Origin: Gordius albopunctatus
Taxonomy: Eukaryota
Assembly (NCBI GenBank): GCA_964276515.1
Contig: OZ193910.1
Span: forward strand, 3,844,001-3,908,000
Direction: 5' to 3'
Length of the DNA stretch: 64,000 bases
Shown here piece after piece: positions 37,796 through 51,611 of this stretch; positions within the stretch are counted from its first letter, which is position 1, and each line of letters opens with the position of its first letter. Under the pieces are notes generated by a model. It saw only the letters and a list, made by a program, of their open reading frames with translations. It did not search any database and was not told the origin of the DNA. The position numbers were made by a program, and so were the translations under genes.

Positions 37796-40595
37796 ATGAT
37801 AGTTTCAAACGAGATTTTACAAAAAAAAAAAGCTAGGGCGTCCTCCACAAACAACGCGCACTGCATACCCCGCGTGTGCAATGTGAAAAATACACTAGGG
37901 TTACTGCCTAACTCACGTGGGTTAAGGAAACTAGTCGTGCTGGGATGTGGGAACGTTGACGGGGAAGAGCATCGAGGTAGCACAGATGTTAAAAAGAAGA
38001 AAGGTACACATCACCTGCCTACAAGAGACGAGGTGGAACGGAACGAAAGCTCGGGAATTAGGAGAAGGATACAAGCTTTTCTACAGTGGGTCACCAAATC
38101 GTAGAAACGGGGTCGGTATCGTTCTAAGTGAATCGTTCAAGGACAAGGTGGTGGAAGTCAAACGTTGTTCCGAGAGGCTAATGTGGGTGAAGATTGCGGA
38201 TCAAGGGGGCCTCCTAACCGTTATGTGCGCGTATGCTCCCCAAATTGGGTGTTTGGAATCAGAGAAAGACATATTCTTCGAATCATTGGAAAAGGAAATA
38301 CAAGGAATCCGACAGGAAGAAAGGCTAATTATTGGGGCCGATTTCAACGCTCACGTAGGGAAAGATCGCCTCGGGTATGAACGCAATCATGGAGGCTATG
38401 GGCATGGTCTGAAGAACAAAGAAGGGGAAAAACTTCTCCAAGTATCCTAAGCATATGACATGGTCATCGTTAACACCTATTTTCAAAAACGCGAAGATTA
38501 TATTGTGACCTATAGAAGTGGGAAGCATTTTAGTCAAATTGACTATTTGCTTATATGGCGAAAGGACTTATGGAGTATCAAGAATTGCAAAGTAATACCG
38601 GGAGAAGAAATCGCCAGGCAACATCGTCCCCTTGTTATGGATCTTGAAAGAAGAGTAACCATCAAAAAGCCTCTTCATTCTTGTGTTCAAGGAAGCTGCA
38701 AAAGGACGTAGACGACGATTGGGAGACCCTATCTAAAGACATTAAGGAAACAGCGATTCGTGTTCTAGGACAGACGAAAGGAGGCAAAGCTATGAATAGG
38801 GAACTATGGCGGTGGGATCCATCGGTTAAAGATTTCATCGAAAAAAAATCTATATAGACGGTGGCATAAATAAAAAAAGTCGGAGGATTATCAAAAGTAT
38901 AGAGATGCAAAGAGGGCCGCAAAGAAGGCCGTTTCAATAACGAAGAATGCCGCCTACACCTAGATGGCAAACAAACTGTATCTAAAGGGGCCAAAGTAAG
39001 GGAGAAGAAAAGTGGCGGATTTCTTAAAATAGTCAAAAACGCGAAAGGTCAAACCTTATTCAAGCCGAAAGAAGAGATGGAAAGGTGGAAAGGATATTTT
39101 AAAAAACTTATTAATATTGCAAATGACAAGGATTCCCTTCCCAAAATTGAGCCAAATATAAGTATGGTCGAACTCTTTCAAGAGGATGAAGTTAGGACAC
39201 AAATGAACAAGTTGCAAAAAGGAAAAGCAAATGGCCCAGATAGAATACCTATGGAATCATTGCTCGGATGTCGTGAAGAAGGAGTCACCACCATGACGAA
39301 CCTCCTTAACAAGATATTGGTAAAGAGCGAATTCCTAATCAATGGAGAGCAAGCACAATTATACCCTTATTTAAATCTAAAAGAGACCCTCAGGACTGTG
39401 GCAATTACAGAGGTATCAAGCTAACTTGCCACTCCTTGAAGCTAATGTAAACGATCTTAGTAACAAGGCTGAAAAACGAGGTGGAAATATCGGCTAACCA
39501 ATTCACCCAATCTTCGCACTAAGACAAATGATGGATAAGTATTGTGAAAAGAGGAAAGACCTACATATGGTTTTTATCGACTTGGAGAAAGATTATGACA
39601 CAGCCCCTCGCGATTTAATATGGTGGTGGCCGAGGAAACAAAATATCCCTGACGCATATATACGGCTTATGAAAAATATTTATGAAGCCTCAAACTCTTG
39701 CGTTAGGAAGACAGTTGGAGACTCTAAACCTTTTCTGGTTAAAATTGGTTTACATCAAGGATCTGCTTTAAGTCCCTTTTTATTTAATATAATTATAGAT
39801 ACGATAACGAGGGACATTCAAAAGTCATCGCCATGGTGTATGCTATATGCCGATGATATAGTACTATGCGAGGAAACAAGGGAGAAAGTATTCAAAAAGC
39901 CGAAGTCAAAGCGCTTAGCTGGATATGGTTTAAAGGTCAAAGATCGAAAAAGGGTATACATGGAAATGAACAGCACAGGCAACCCATCGCCGGATGACCA
40001 TCTAAAGTACCCAAAAGTAGAGAGATTTACATACCTCGGCTGGATGCTACATCAAGATGGAGGTTGCGCAACGGAAGTCAATGCCTGGATCCAGAAAGGA
40101 TGGCTAAAATGGCGAAGTATATATGGTGTAATGTGCGACAAGAAAATGCCATTATGGTTGAAGAGCAAAGCTTACAAATCCATCGTAAGACCGGTGTTAC
40201 TCTATAGAAGGGAAACTTGGGCATTAAAAACCACGGAAGAAAAGATAATAAAAGCCACAGAGATGAGAATGATACGGTGGAGATTGGGGTATACTAAGCT
40301 CGACCATATGACGAATGACTTTCTCATAACAAAAATGGGTATTCAACCTATGGTGGACATGATTAATGAAAATCGGTTAAGGGTGTTATGGGCATATACT
40401 AAGAAGGGACACGGATGATGTTAATCGAGTACTGGACATGGAGGTACCGGGGAAGAGAGGAAGAGGCCGACCCCGTGTCACGTGGAAAGGGCAAGTCTAT
40501 AAAGTTATGAAAACTAAAGAGATTAGTCAAGACATGGCACTCACCCGGTCAAGATAGGGCAGCGCACATCACAACATAATATTTTGATGGTGATG
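37796..40595 (+). mobile_element. Degenerate RTE-clade LINE (relative of 12590-15590)
   Basis: APE (CLQETRW, GADFNAHVG, QIDYLL), RT (FIDLEKDYD, GLHQGSALSP, YADD), GKRGRGRPRVTW, GAT-like tail. Multiple stops, frameshifts and deletions. Confidence 0.95.
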
Positions 40596-40806
40596 ATATT
40601 AATTCTTAACATCATTACTTTTATATAAAGAAAAAGCTACTTGAAACAACTATATTTATAACATCTTGCTTGTTTCATACACATTTAACATATGATCAAT
40701 CATACTATATAAATGCACAGGCCATTAGAGTAAGCGGATTAGGACTAATTTTAGAAATTGTTGCTAAAGTTTATGTAAATTATCCGTCCATTTAATTCAA
40801 AGATAT

Positions 40807-43800
40807 ATGGCAACCTGGCTAGAACTTCGCAATGTGTTAGTATTAACCAAAACTACTAGATATGAATTTGAGAAACTAAGAAACAAATGCCTTAATGATA
40901 ATGAGTTGCGTCAATTGGTAAGCACCTTAAGAGTTTCCATTATAAATTTATGCAATTTTATGAAAGTATTTATTATATAAGTTTTATATTGTTATTTATA
41001 GAAATTTGTCATTTAACTTTTATTATATTATAAATCAATCTTTTATTACATTTTAATATTGATTTTTATGTTAGCTTCTGGAAAGAGGATCTAATTTAGA
41101 TAGCCTTCTAGTGCATCATCACACTCACCATGAAAATTTGGATAAAATTATGGATTGCTTCAAGTATGTTTTTAATGTGTATCTACAAATTAAAATGGTT
41201 TCCTGAGCATAGCCATAATTGAATAAGACGCAAAAAAAACTTAAATAAAATAATGGGCCCAACAAATATTTGAAATTAAAATTATTTCTGCAAACATTTT
41301 TTGACTCTATTTGGCTATGCTCTGGAATGCTCTTGTAAAAATTAAATAAAGAGTTGTTTAAATGTTAAAAAATTTGCACATCTAAAGGTGCTCCTTAATC
41401 TATCTAAATTAATACATTTATTTATTATCAAATTTAACAATAAAAATTTAAATTTTATTTAACATAGTTTAACTTTATTTTTTGACTAATTTGTATAATA
41501 AACCATACCACTACATGAAAACAATATGCTTAAAAATTCATATTTTTAGTTGTGACCTCTAGACACTTTGACATTTATTCTTTCCATTTTTACATACTTT
41601 TGCATGACCTTGCCCCTGGCACTTTGTATTAATCCCTCAGTTTATCTCACTACAAGCCGTGCCTTCATATAAAAAAATGTTTGAAGCGTTATTTAATTTA
41701 AAAAACGAAACTCAAATTTTTTTAGTGTTTTTCATTAAACTAAACATTTTACAAGATTACTGGATTATAGGTTTAAGACTTAATGCCAAATTTCATACGA
41801 TTTTTTCAATGAAACTCTCATAAAATTTATTGAAGACGTGCGTTAATTGCATGGAATTAACAAATATTTCATAATCTCGAGATATTAAAATTTATTCTAA
41901 ATAGCAACGCCAAAAATTATAAAAATTAATTTTGGAACATCTAGAAAAATCCAACTAGGCCTTTACTATTGCTGGAATATTTTTAAAATTTTTTTATAAT
42001 GGGATCCTTGGTTTTTTCGTCAAAAACTTCTGCATGCCTCACCTTCCTAATTCACTTCATGGCATTAAGATTAACACGTAAAGAATCAGCATTTTAATTA
42101 GCATGAAAATCTATTTTCGCTACACTATTTATATCCATTTTTTCGCATTATTATGGCGTAGAAAATTGTTTAATCAAATTCACATTGCTAATTTTAATGA
42201 AATTGGCATAATAAAAATTTATTAGTCCTGTTTCATTTTTAAACTGACTACACCCCACGTCGATGTATATTGCAAAATGTTCACATTCTAAAAGATCTCT
42301 GAAATTCGTTTTAAAAGTTTTACCCATGTTTCCCCCCCTCCCTCCTAATTTTGGCAAAGTCCTTAAATAGAAATGCGTGCGAGAAGTGGCTTTAATACCG
42401 GTTTAAACGGAACAACTATTTTAGGTTGATAAAATGTGTTTTATTTTCTTCTATATCAACAGGATCTATTGCGATGAATCAGATTATTTATATGAAAGCC
42501 ATTTTTTACCATGATAATATGTTGGCTCGTAACTTAATATTGGCCTTTTCATAGAAATGATGATAATAAATGAGGATAGTAAATAAGCTTAAAACATATT
42601 TTATAAAAATACCCAGAGCAGACGATACATTCGTATTTTTGTTTAATTGTAATTTCGTTTTTTATTATTTTTATTTGATTAACATTTAGCAAACAACTTT
42701 TTTTAGATGTTAGCAGTTCCTATTTCTCATCAACATCATTTTACTTATATTTCAACTGTTTCATTCAACGTAATGGTATCTTCAATAACTTTTAAACATT
42801 TGTTACCAAAATTTAGATGTTTTTATGGATGTCTTATATCCTTATATGAAGTTCTGCTATGTAAAGCCATATAAATATTTTTATCTGAATACTTTGTTAT
42901 GATATATTATTTTTCAGCTTCCATATATATTTGCAGGCAAAGGAACATACGGACCAAAATAGTGAATCGAACGGATTACGAAACGCAAGGGTTAGAGTCG
43001 TACGACGCAATTTTTACAGCGGGCGGGGACGGGACTTTCCTGCTAGCTGCAAATAAAGTTCGGACCCCCGGCCTGCCAGTTATAGGAATAAACACGGATG
43101 CAACAAACTCAGAGGGATACCTCTGTTTACCCTCCCGATACACCAAAGACTTCAAGGGTGCTTTGGCTCGCATCCTGTCCGGCGACTTCAAGTGAGCTCG
43201 TTTGCTAGTCTTAGGGCTCGTCTCAATATCGGATTCAGATTTGAATCGCGCTAATTTACCTTTGTCTAAATATCCGATTCTATTTTACCCGGTACTCGGT
43301 TGAAATTATAACTATTTTATTTTTTGATAGTTGAAAACGTTTTTTTCCCATTTTTTTAAACTCCCGAGATTAAATCTAAACTTTGCTGGTACCTATAAAT
43401 TTAAAAACATACATAATATTTGAGCTTATAAAAATTTTTGCACCTTACAAAATCGCTGTCAAGTCATGCGTCTGAGATGTAATCTGCTGCTGTGAATTCC
43501 AAGTTAAGACACGGCGCTATTTTATAATCCGTACGACGATTTTTGCTGCGCAGCAAAATTAGATATTAAGACAAGCCCTTGGCCCATTATTTCGTTAACC
43601 GCACGCGTTTGACACCCGAGCTATTTGGATATAAAGTGATTGGTTTTATCGCTTAAATGGAGGGGGAAGGGGTGCTGCTATACAGAAAAACTTGAGAGTT
43701 GACAATTTTAGGAGACGAGGTGATATTAAACGCTGTGTCGAGGCCTGCGAAGTCACTTTTTTCAACCCGACCCGCCGCTAGAGCGTTTTTAAATTTTTGA

Positions 43801-46800
43801 CCCTAACCCACCAGACTCAAAGGCGTTTTAAAATTTTTAACTCGACGTGAAAAACAGTGGGATATAACATGATTCGACAAATAAATTTATGAGCGAGCAG
43901 ATCACAACATGGCTTGACGTAGTGACAAAATTAATCTTTATAAAATTTGTTGACTTGAAACAATTTAACAAATCATCACAATGCACACTTCATTGACTAA
44001 ATAAAAGACTGCTCATCAACGCACAAAATGTGTACACCCTTTTTTAACCCATTTTAATGATATCATGGTAAAGTAGTGGTTATATAGATATTAGTAATTT
44101 TTGTAAATTAAATAATGTTAAAAAGGTAAATAAAAAAATAATTGAGTCGATATCAAAAACAGCATTCCTAAAATAAATACCATTTACACAATACATGAAA
44201 ATTAAAAATGTAAAAAAAAATTGTGATGAAAGTTTGTTTAATGAATGATATAGAGCCATTTTGTATAATATTAATTTATTGACGTTTGTTCAAATTTATA
44301 AACTAGCGAGGAAGGTAAATAGACTGTTATTTGAAATACACCAGTTGTTGTCTTCAAAATGGAAGAAAATTTGACACTCAATTTACCATATGGCATGAGC
44401 AGTAGTGTTGTTGTAAAAACTCCTAACGACGGACCAACGATGGTTTGGTCTATTTTTCTTAGTCGACACCTACTCTTAGTCGAAATATTAAAAAGAGACC
44501 AGAGTGGACCGTTAGTCTTAGTTAAACCAAAGGTCGCGACCAAATGAAACCCACCCGTTTTTACAACACTAATGAGCGGTCTATCTAGTCTATGTCCCGA
44601 TTTCGCTTAGTCGGAGCCGATTATTATTCATTATACCCCTCCCCCTTCTTTTTATTAACTCATAACTGTTTTAGTTTATCACAAAAATCTATAAAAAAAC
44701 ATAAAATATTTTATGGTAAAGATGGCTCCGTCGTAGTCGCATATCTGTTAGGTTGAGCGGGAAAAATCTCAAACCCTACCCCGTGCGGTTGCACGACCAG
44801 CAGCTAGCCTTCCCCGAGCATCGTTTCGTAGAACATTTCAAAGAGTACGAAAATCATTTGTCCCGAGAACCGGAAGTTCCCATGCAAAAACCGGAAGTCC
44901 CCTTGGCTCATATCCCGCTGGCAAATGGACACGTGGTTAATGGGGAAGGGGCGACGGAGGGAGAAATTAAAACAGTGACTCTCTCCGATCTCGCGCTCAA
45001 CGAAATTTTTATAGGAGAATCCTTATCTTCTAGGTTTGCACATATTTTTTTGTTTGCTACTATTATATTTCTTTTTCAGTTGAAAGCCTTTAAAATTAGA
45101 GTGCAGAATTGAACTATAATGAAAATTATAGTTTTAATCAAAATTATTGTTTTACGAATTTGAGGCGGGTATAAAAAAATGAATAACCCCGCAAATTTCA
45201 TTACAATCGAATTTTGAATAAGAAGGTAATTTATTAATTTACGTAGTTATAATATTATGCGACATAAGTTTAAATGGTAAATTTCTTTAAAATAATCTTT
45301 CAGCTATATCTGGTTGGGGGTCCTCAGAATTCTATTGATATTTTTACCTTTGCCTAATAGATTTTGACCAGAGCTATAAAAAAACTCTGTGGGCGTTAAA
45401 ATATTTAAAATATCTTATAAATGATATATCCCCTAATATTGCAAATTTATCGTATATTCACGCAATTGTTTTATAGATGAATAAATTAGATCATAACGAT
45501 TAGAACTGACCGCAACAAACTTTAAACTACTTGTTTTGTGCAATTCCATTATTTAAAATATGTTTAGAAGAAAAATGTAGGTTTAAATCTCACAGGATTT
45601 GTCTTGGAGCATAATGATCGTGAATTCCAAATCCATCATTCATTATACTTTTGGGATAACACTTTTTAGATCTTCAGACAGTGTTATCTTTCTATAGGCC
45701 TATTTTTAATTTAATTGATAAATTTTTGTCCACAAATCGGACATATGAACCAATCTTAGTAACTATCAATTTGAAAGATTCTTCTTTACAGGGTATCCTA
45801 CTACGAACTATCGGTGGATGGTGGAACCACAACCAAGCAAAAAAGTTCCGGTCTCACTATATGCACGGGAACGGGTTCTTCCAGTTGGTCCTTGAACATC
45901 AACAAAATTCCCTTGCATAGCGTTAAAGAACTCCTCAACATAGGTTAGGGCCAACTTTGCCTCCAATCGCACTTTCTTGTGATTGTTTTATCTCATTTGA
46001 TCGGGAGAGGGGGGGGGCGGGGGTAAGCTTTGGATGAAAAAAGAGGATTGAGTTTAAAAATAGTTGAGGTCGTAGAAAATAAAAGTCATATCATCTATGT
46101 TAATTGCTATTGTTTATACAACTTTTTTCCCTTATGTTTACAAGTCCACGCCTATAGTTTCTTTAGTTCTGTTTAATTGTGTGCACTAAATCTTGCTACG
46201 CAACTTTGACAAATCATCGTTATTGTGACATGAGTTCAGACTTAAAACAAGTGTTACAATTGATAGCAAGCGTCTAGATCTCGCAGAGATCTTTTATCTG
46301 GTTTTATTTTTATTTAATTTCAGATTTCCTGCTGCCAAACCTCTTCAATTGCAAATCCCTTTTTTAACTAACTTTATGCTTAAATTTTTTTTTTTTGTTA
46401 AAAAGTTTATTTTCAAGAAACAAAGTTACATTAATAAGTGAAATACAAAAATAAAGACATATTGGTTAAATACAAAGATTTATATCATTCTCTTCTAAAA
46501 TGGGCCATGAGTCGGCAAAGGATTTAAAGTTGTATCGTGCAACAAGAATCCCTAGTTGTTGCCTGAGTAAAAAGGACGCAGAAATTTTAGATTTCGGGGT
46601 GCGTTTTCCGATTTCTTTAAAACCCCATTGCCTGTCTGCCAAAGGAACCGGAGCACGTGGCAACGACAGGGATAAAAATATTGGATGCCAAAAGGGCAGA
46701 ATACTTTGTAGTTTTACGCCCTTCTTCTGTAGCTATAGGGTCGTAATTAAAATGGAAAGGGGCAAATAGGTCAATACAAGTAAAATCCCATTTGAGGGAT

Positions 46801-49800
46801 AAGCCATTTTGCCAGGGGACTAGAGAAGAGCCGTCAGGGCGCATCCTACCTTCAAGGGAGGGATCGGACGGCTCAAGGATTGAGGGGATTTTGGCCTTTT
46901 TAAGGGCAGCTTGAATTAATAAATTAGCTTTAGTGTGCCTAACGTATTTATATTTGTTTGCTAGGCAGTGTAGAGGGTGCCTAGCATATTCGTCTACAAC
47001 GGTAAGGCAGTTTTGACAGTTGAATTCTCTGCTGTAACTAATCCCCAACCTTAAAGCTATGGAATATGATAGCTCAAAGTCTTCAAGCAGCATTCCCAAA
47101 AGTTTGCTGGGATAGGCTTCAAGCCACTCGTGACCGGAACCGTCGAAAGCGAGGGACCTAAGGTTGTAATGCTGGCTATCATCGCTGCTCGATAAGAGTT
47201 AATCAACGGAGCGCGATACTAGTCCAGAATCCCAATCCTTTTGTCTCGTACTTTGAGGTTGGATGGTCTCGGGTGTGACATTCAAATTCCAAAGCTCCAA
47301 GGCTTGAGTTAGCAGGGGGTCGGAATCATGTTTTATGAGATTAAAAATTAAGTTTTGGACCGACTTAAAAGAGGAAATAAAAGCGGCTAGCGATATGCTG
47401 TCGGGAGGGCAAATTCCTAATCCTCCAGATTTGGTTGGGAGGGATGCTTGAATCCAATTTTTAGTATTAAATTTTAAATTTAAAATTTTTTCTAATAACG
47501 TTTTTAAAAAGCCTTCGTACGACTTTAAAACGTCTGGGTGTAAAAATGCGCCAGATGAGCGAAAACAATGATTAATCTTTGAGATGTTAAAATAGTTTTT
47601 GATTATGTAAAATGAGTGATGCGCTGGCTAGCATTTTAAAAGTTCCGTTTTAGATTTTAAAATTTCAAGGTTCTTATGAAGAAAATTTAAGAGAGATTTT
47701 TCACCGCCAATGGGTGATCCCAAAAGGGATATGTTTTCCTTCTCTAGAACTAAAAAAGGTTTAAAAATTGGAAAGTCAATAGTGTTGGGGGCCTGAAAGA
47801 TTTCACATTTTTTCGAGTTTAATGTAAGATTCAGATTGGGTTTAAAATTTTTGATAATTTGTATAGCTTTACTGATCTCCTCCGGGCGGCCACATAGGGT
47901 GGCGTCGTCGAGATACCAAACATTTAAATCCAGGATACACTGAGATGATATAGCCTCGACTAAATTATGAATGGCTAAACAAAACAAAGGAGGGCCTAAT
48001 GGGTCTCCTTGTTGGATGCCTTCGGACGAGTCAATGACGTATTCGCCGAATCGAAGCTTGGTTGTAGAACCATAGCTTAATAAAATGTAATTTACGAATT
48101 GTGGGAATTCAGCTAAAAAAGTTTTAATAAGGGTTTCTCTTCGAATGCAGTTAAAAGCATTGGCAAAATATAATTTAACAAAGCAGGACTCGGTGGGAAT
48201 ATTTTGGAGTGTGATCCGGCCAGCATGGCTGGCTGCCTCACATCCGCCTTTAATTCCGAAGCCGAGTTTATGAGGGCGGAGCTTGGCGGATAAGGAGGGT
48301 TTTATGAGTTTGCAGAGGGTTTTTGATATAATACAGCGAAAAAGACTTCCAATGGCGATTGGTCTAACTGAATTATCCGGTTTTTTGATGGCGATAAGTT
48401 TTGCACCGAATAAAATAGGGATGATTTCATGAGGAAATTTTCCGTTAACAATGATATTACAAAAGGAAGTAATAGAATTTAAAAGAGGTTCAGTATTTAA
48501 ATTATTCAGGTTGAGTAAATCTTGTAGATATACTGGGCGCCATCCGTCGAGTCTTGCTGCGGAGTCCAAAGGAGAGGAGTTAAGGGCTTCACGGATGTCT
48601 GAAGACTCTAAAGTGATTGATCAAATCCTCAGTATTGATTTTACTTCCAAACAACAATCATATATCATGTGGAAGCATTAATCAACTTAACTATTATCAG
48701 AAGAAACTCCATGTTTACAAACACTTTATAATGTTTCCATATCACAAAAGGTAAGCAATGTATACCTTACAAGTTTTAATATGACCTTTGTTGAATCCTT
48801 TGAGCCTTTTTTTTTCTCCAATATCATACAATTAATAGCACTTTTCACAGATACTCTTTCGTATTATTAAACCTACAAAATTCTTATAAATCAAACAGCT
48901 TTGAAATAATCCCAACTTTAATTTTAATTGTCCAACCTCATCAAACTGGCTGAGGATGCTGCTGGGTGTTTTTGATTAAGCTCCCTATAAGAGTCAGGTC
49001 AGGGCAACAAGGGGCAATTGAGTTGTTATCATAAAAAGCTCTAAGGGCACTTTTTGGGTTGAAATTATGGATTTTATTTGAAATGTGCTTGGCTGTTTGG
49101 TTAATTGTGGGTTCCAGTGGAAAGGGTTTTGTTTTACTTGTGCATGTAATGGGAACATCAGTATTAAAACACAGAAGGGATTCTTTGATGAGGCTTGATA
49201 AATTATGTTCATTAGGTTTGCTTACCTTTTGTGATATGGAAACATTATAAAGTGTTTGTAAACATGGAGTTTCTTCTGATAATAGTTAAGTTGATTAATG
49301 CTTCCACATGATATATGATTGTTGTTTGGAAGTAAAATCAATACTTAGGATTTGATCAATCACTTTCTCTTTGTATTTTTTTGTTGGTTTAATATAATGA
49401 TGAATGCTTTTTTGTTTAAAATGAATGTTCATAATTGGTTTAGTGATGAATGTTTGAGGGCTTCAATTTGCTTGTCTGTTAAAAAATCAAAATGCTGTGA
49501 TGATGAGATGTTAAAGAATGCCATTAAGATAATAAAATTCTAAGTGTAACACAATATCTCTTCTATCCATTGAATTGGAATTATGCAGAATTTTTTATGT
49601 ACGCATCATTTAGTTTATGTTATGATAATCATAATAAGCATTTTTCGATTTAGCCGACACTTCTATTGGGTTATAATTGTTATATAGGCATGGATAATAG
49701 AATATTTATTAATCTTTTAAAGCTGGTTATAAGATTAATCAAGATGCTTAAGTTGTGATATCTCTTAATTGGAATTAGTGGATGGATATAAAAGAATAGA

Positions 49801-51611
49801 TATTGGGATATAGATGATTGTTATATGAAGTTGTGCAATGAATTGTATTTGATGTATGTTATGATTTAGTCACTTTGGAACGCAAAGGCAAAGTCTCACC
49901 TTTCTCAATCTAAACAGTTTTTCTGGAATATCAATAAGAATCTTTTGACACTTACATACAAATGGGGATTATTGTTTCAACGTATGTAATAACATGCTTT
50001 AAATCAATTTATGGGATTAATTAAAACGTCGATAAGTTAAAAATTCATAGCTGACCATAACTAAATTTTTTACAATTAACATTTTAACTAGCTACGGCTT
50101 TAGTGTAACAAAATCACTACTTGAATATATTTGTGTTAAGTTTTTTAATTTTATTATAAAACTAATGCCTTTTACCAAGCTTAAACTTAAGTGGTTTAAC
50201 GCCTTTTGTAGCCAATGAAATAACCGGGTCCAGAAATATCGATACAAATAACGAGTCACTCGTGAAAAGCATTACTGATACCTTCAACGATAAATTACTA
50301 TTTGCGCCCGATGAACAACGAATGGCTTATACCATCCGAGATCCCGTTACTAACAGTATGCTCTTACACATCTTTTAAAACAATATTGTTTAGTCAGATT
50401 CATGTGTGTAGCCGGGGGTGGGGCTGCCCCCTCTGAATCAAAAGATTTGTTGAAATTTATTATGGCTAATAAAATTAAATGCTGGCTACGCACGTGGTCA
50501 GATCAATTATTATTAGATATATATTAATTATTTAAAATAATAATTTAAGGCCCTCATTGATACTGTCTTACTCCTATTTTGGTACTGAACTTATTGATGG
50601 TGAGTACCTTTTATCGAAATAAATGAGGGGGTTGTGAGATGGGTATGTTGTGTTGTGTGAATATGAATTTTTTTTATTAATTGAAGAAGCCATGTACCAA
50701 AGTAGGAAAGTATTTTGTGAATTTAAACATCTTGAGCTTAATAGCGTTGTCCGATTTTATTTCCATTTCTAAAAAGTGTGAGCAATAGATAATCCTTATC
50801 CTCTTGAAGAGTCTCAGTTAAGTAACCGCTCTTCAAATGTTTTCATTGGCTGGCCTAGAAGGTTAATTATTCGATTAGACTGGTCAGCATCGAAAACTTG
50901 GCAAATTTAGTTTTCTGTGTTAACACCAAAATTATTTGCTAATCAAAATGTCGATATCCTCATTGAAAGTCATGATTTTCAGCTTTGAATTCTACCTTAT
51001 TATTCGCTTCAACAATTTCTTGGCACAAAATCCCAACCGCTTTCGCAATTTTTATCACTAACCATAGCGACAAAATGTTTACATAGCTATTCCTGTTTTT
51101 AAATCCTTTTGTAAATCTGGTAATTTTGCTTAGGGTGCCTCTTAAAATGCGACTTTGCATAGATGCAAAAAAAACGAATGCAAACCGGTTATTTCGAATG
51201 CAATATTTTCAAAAGAGCGGTAGTCCCCACGCCATGTTGTAAAAACGGCTGTGGTTAGGTTTGGTTGACCGACATTTTGTTTTAGTGGACTTAACATAAA
51301 AGCAGACCACACATCTTTTTTGTCTGTTTTTCTTAGTCTTAGGCCACTAAAACCCAGCGCTACCTCATATAGTACGATCGCTTATTATACTTTAGTCGAT
51401 AAACCAGGAATGTAATATATGAGCCATTTTAAAAATAGATATCTGTTCGGTCGATCAACCCCGAGGTTTCGCCCAAAACGTCCTAGTCCGATCTCGGTGT
51501 TGGGATGCGTGCGTAGTGATAGACGGTGGATACTCCTTTCCATTCAACGATGGTTGTATGGCTGAGATGTGTGTTAGCCCGGAGAACGCCTTGCTCACCA
51601 TAACCCTCTAA
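40807..51611 (+). CDS. NADK2: NAD kinase 2 (mitochondrial-type)
   Basis: Phase-consistent exons: 40807-40917 (VLTKTTRYEFE), 41075-41163, 42937-43191 (AGGDGTFL, IGINTD..SEGYLCL), 44722-45033 (ALNEIFIGESLSS), 45792-45943 (SYYELSVD..KQKSSGLTICTGTGS), 50212-50355, 51439-51611 (RSRCWDACVVIDGG..F.FNDG, TAA). Confidence 0.95.
43214..43578. mobile_element. PIF/Harbinger (Tourist-like) MITE, copy 2
   Basis: GGGCTCGTCTCAATATC...GATATTAAGACAAGCCC with TTA/TTG flanks; colinear with 32976-33255. Confidence 0.85.
44403..44571. mobile_element. Short hAT-type MITE
   Basis: TAGTGTTG(TTG)TAAAAAC / GTTTTTACAACACTA; TSD ATGAGCAG/ATGAGCGG. Confidence 0.75.
46385..49540 (-). mobile_element. CRE-like RLE non-LTR retrotransposon, degenerate, antisense in NADK2 intron 5
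   Basis: RT (VRPIAIG, NAFN.I.R, EGIQQGDPLGP, WYLDD, LLGSPIG), QASLP..GGLG, zinc knuckle (CQNC..HPLHC..RH), RLE (RPDG..PW..WDFTC). AATAAA and a poly(A) tail on the minus strand (poly-T at 46385-46396). Upstream ALRAF...APCCP...QKHP segment at ~48960-49100. The 5' limit is approximate. Confidence 0.88.
48610..49366. repeat. ~148-bp near-perfect inverted repeat (48610-48758 vs 49218-49366)
   Basis: AAAGTGATTGATCAAATCCT...CACAAAAGGTAAGCAA is the reverse complement of TTGCTTACCTTTTGTG...AGGATTTGATCAATCACTTT; I saw one mismatch. Confidence 0.92.
50401..50496. mobile_element. Internally deleted G-tract MITE
   Basis: CATGTGTGTAGCC...GGCTACGCACGTG; TSD GTCAGATT/GTCAGATC. Confidence 0.75.
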
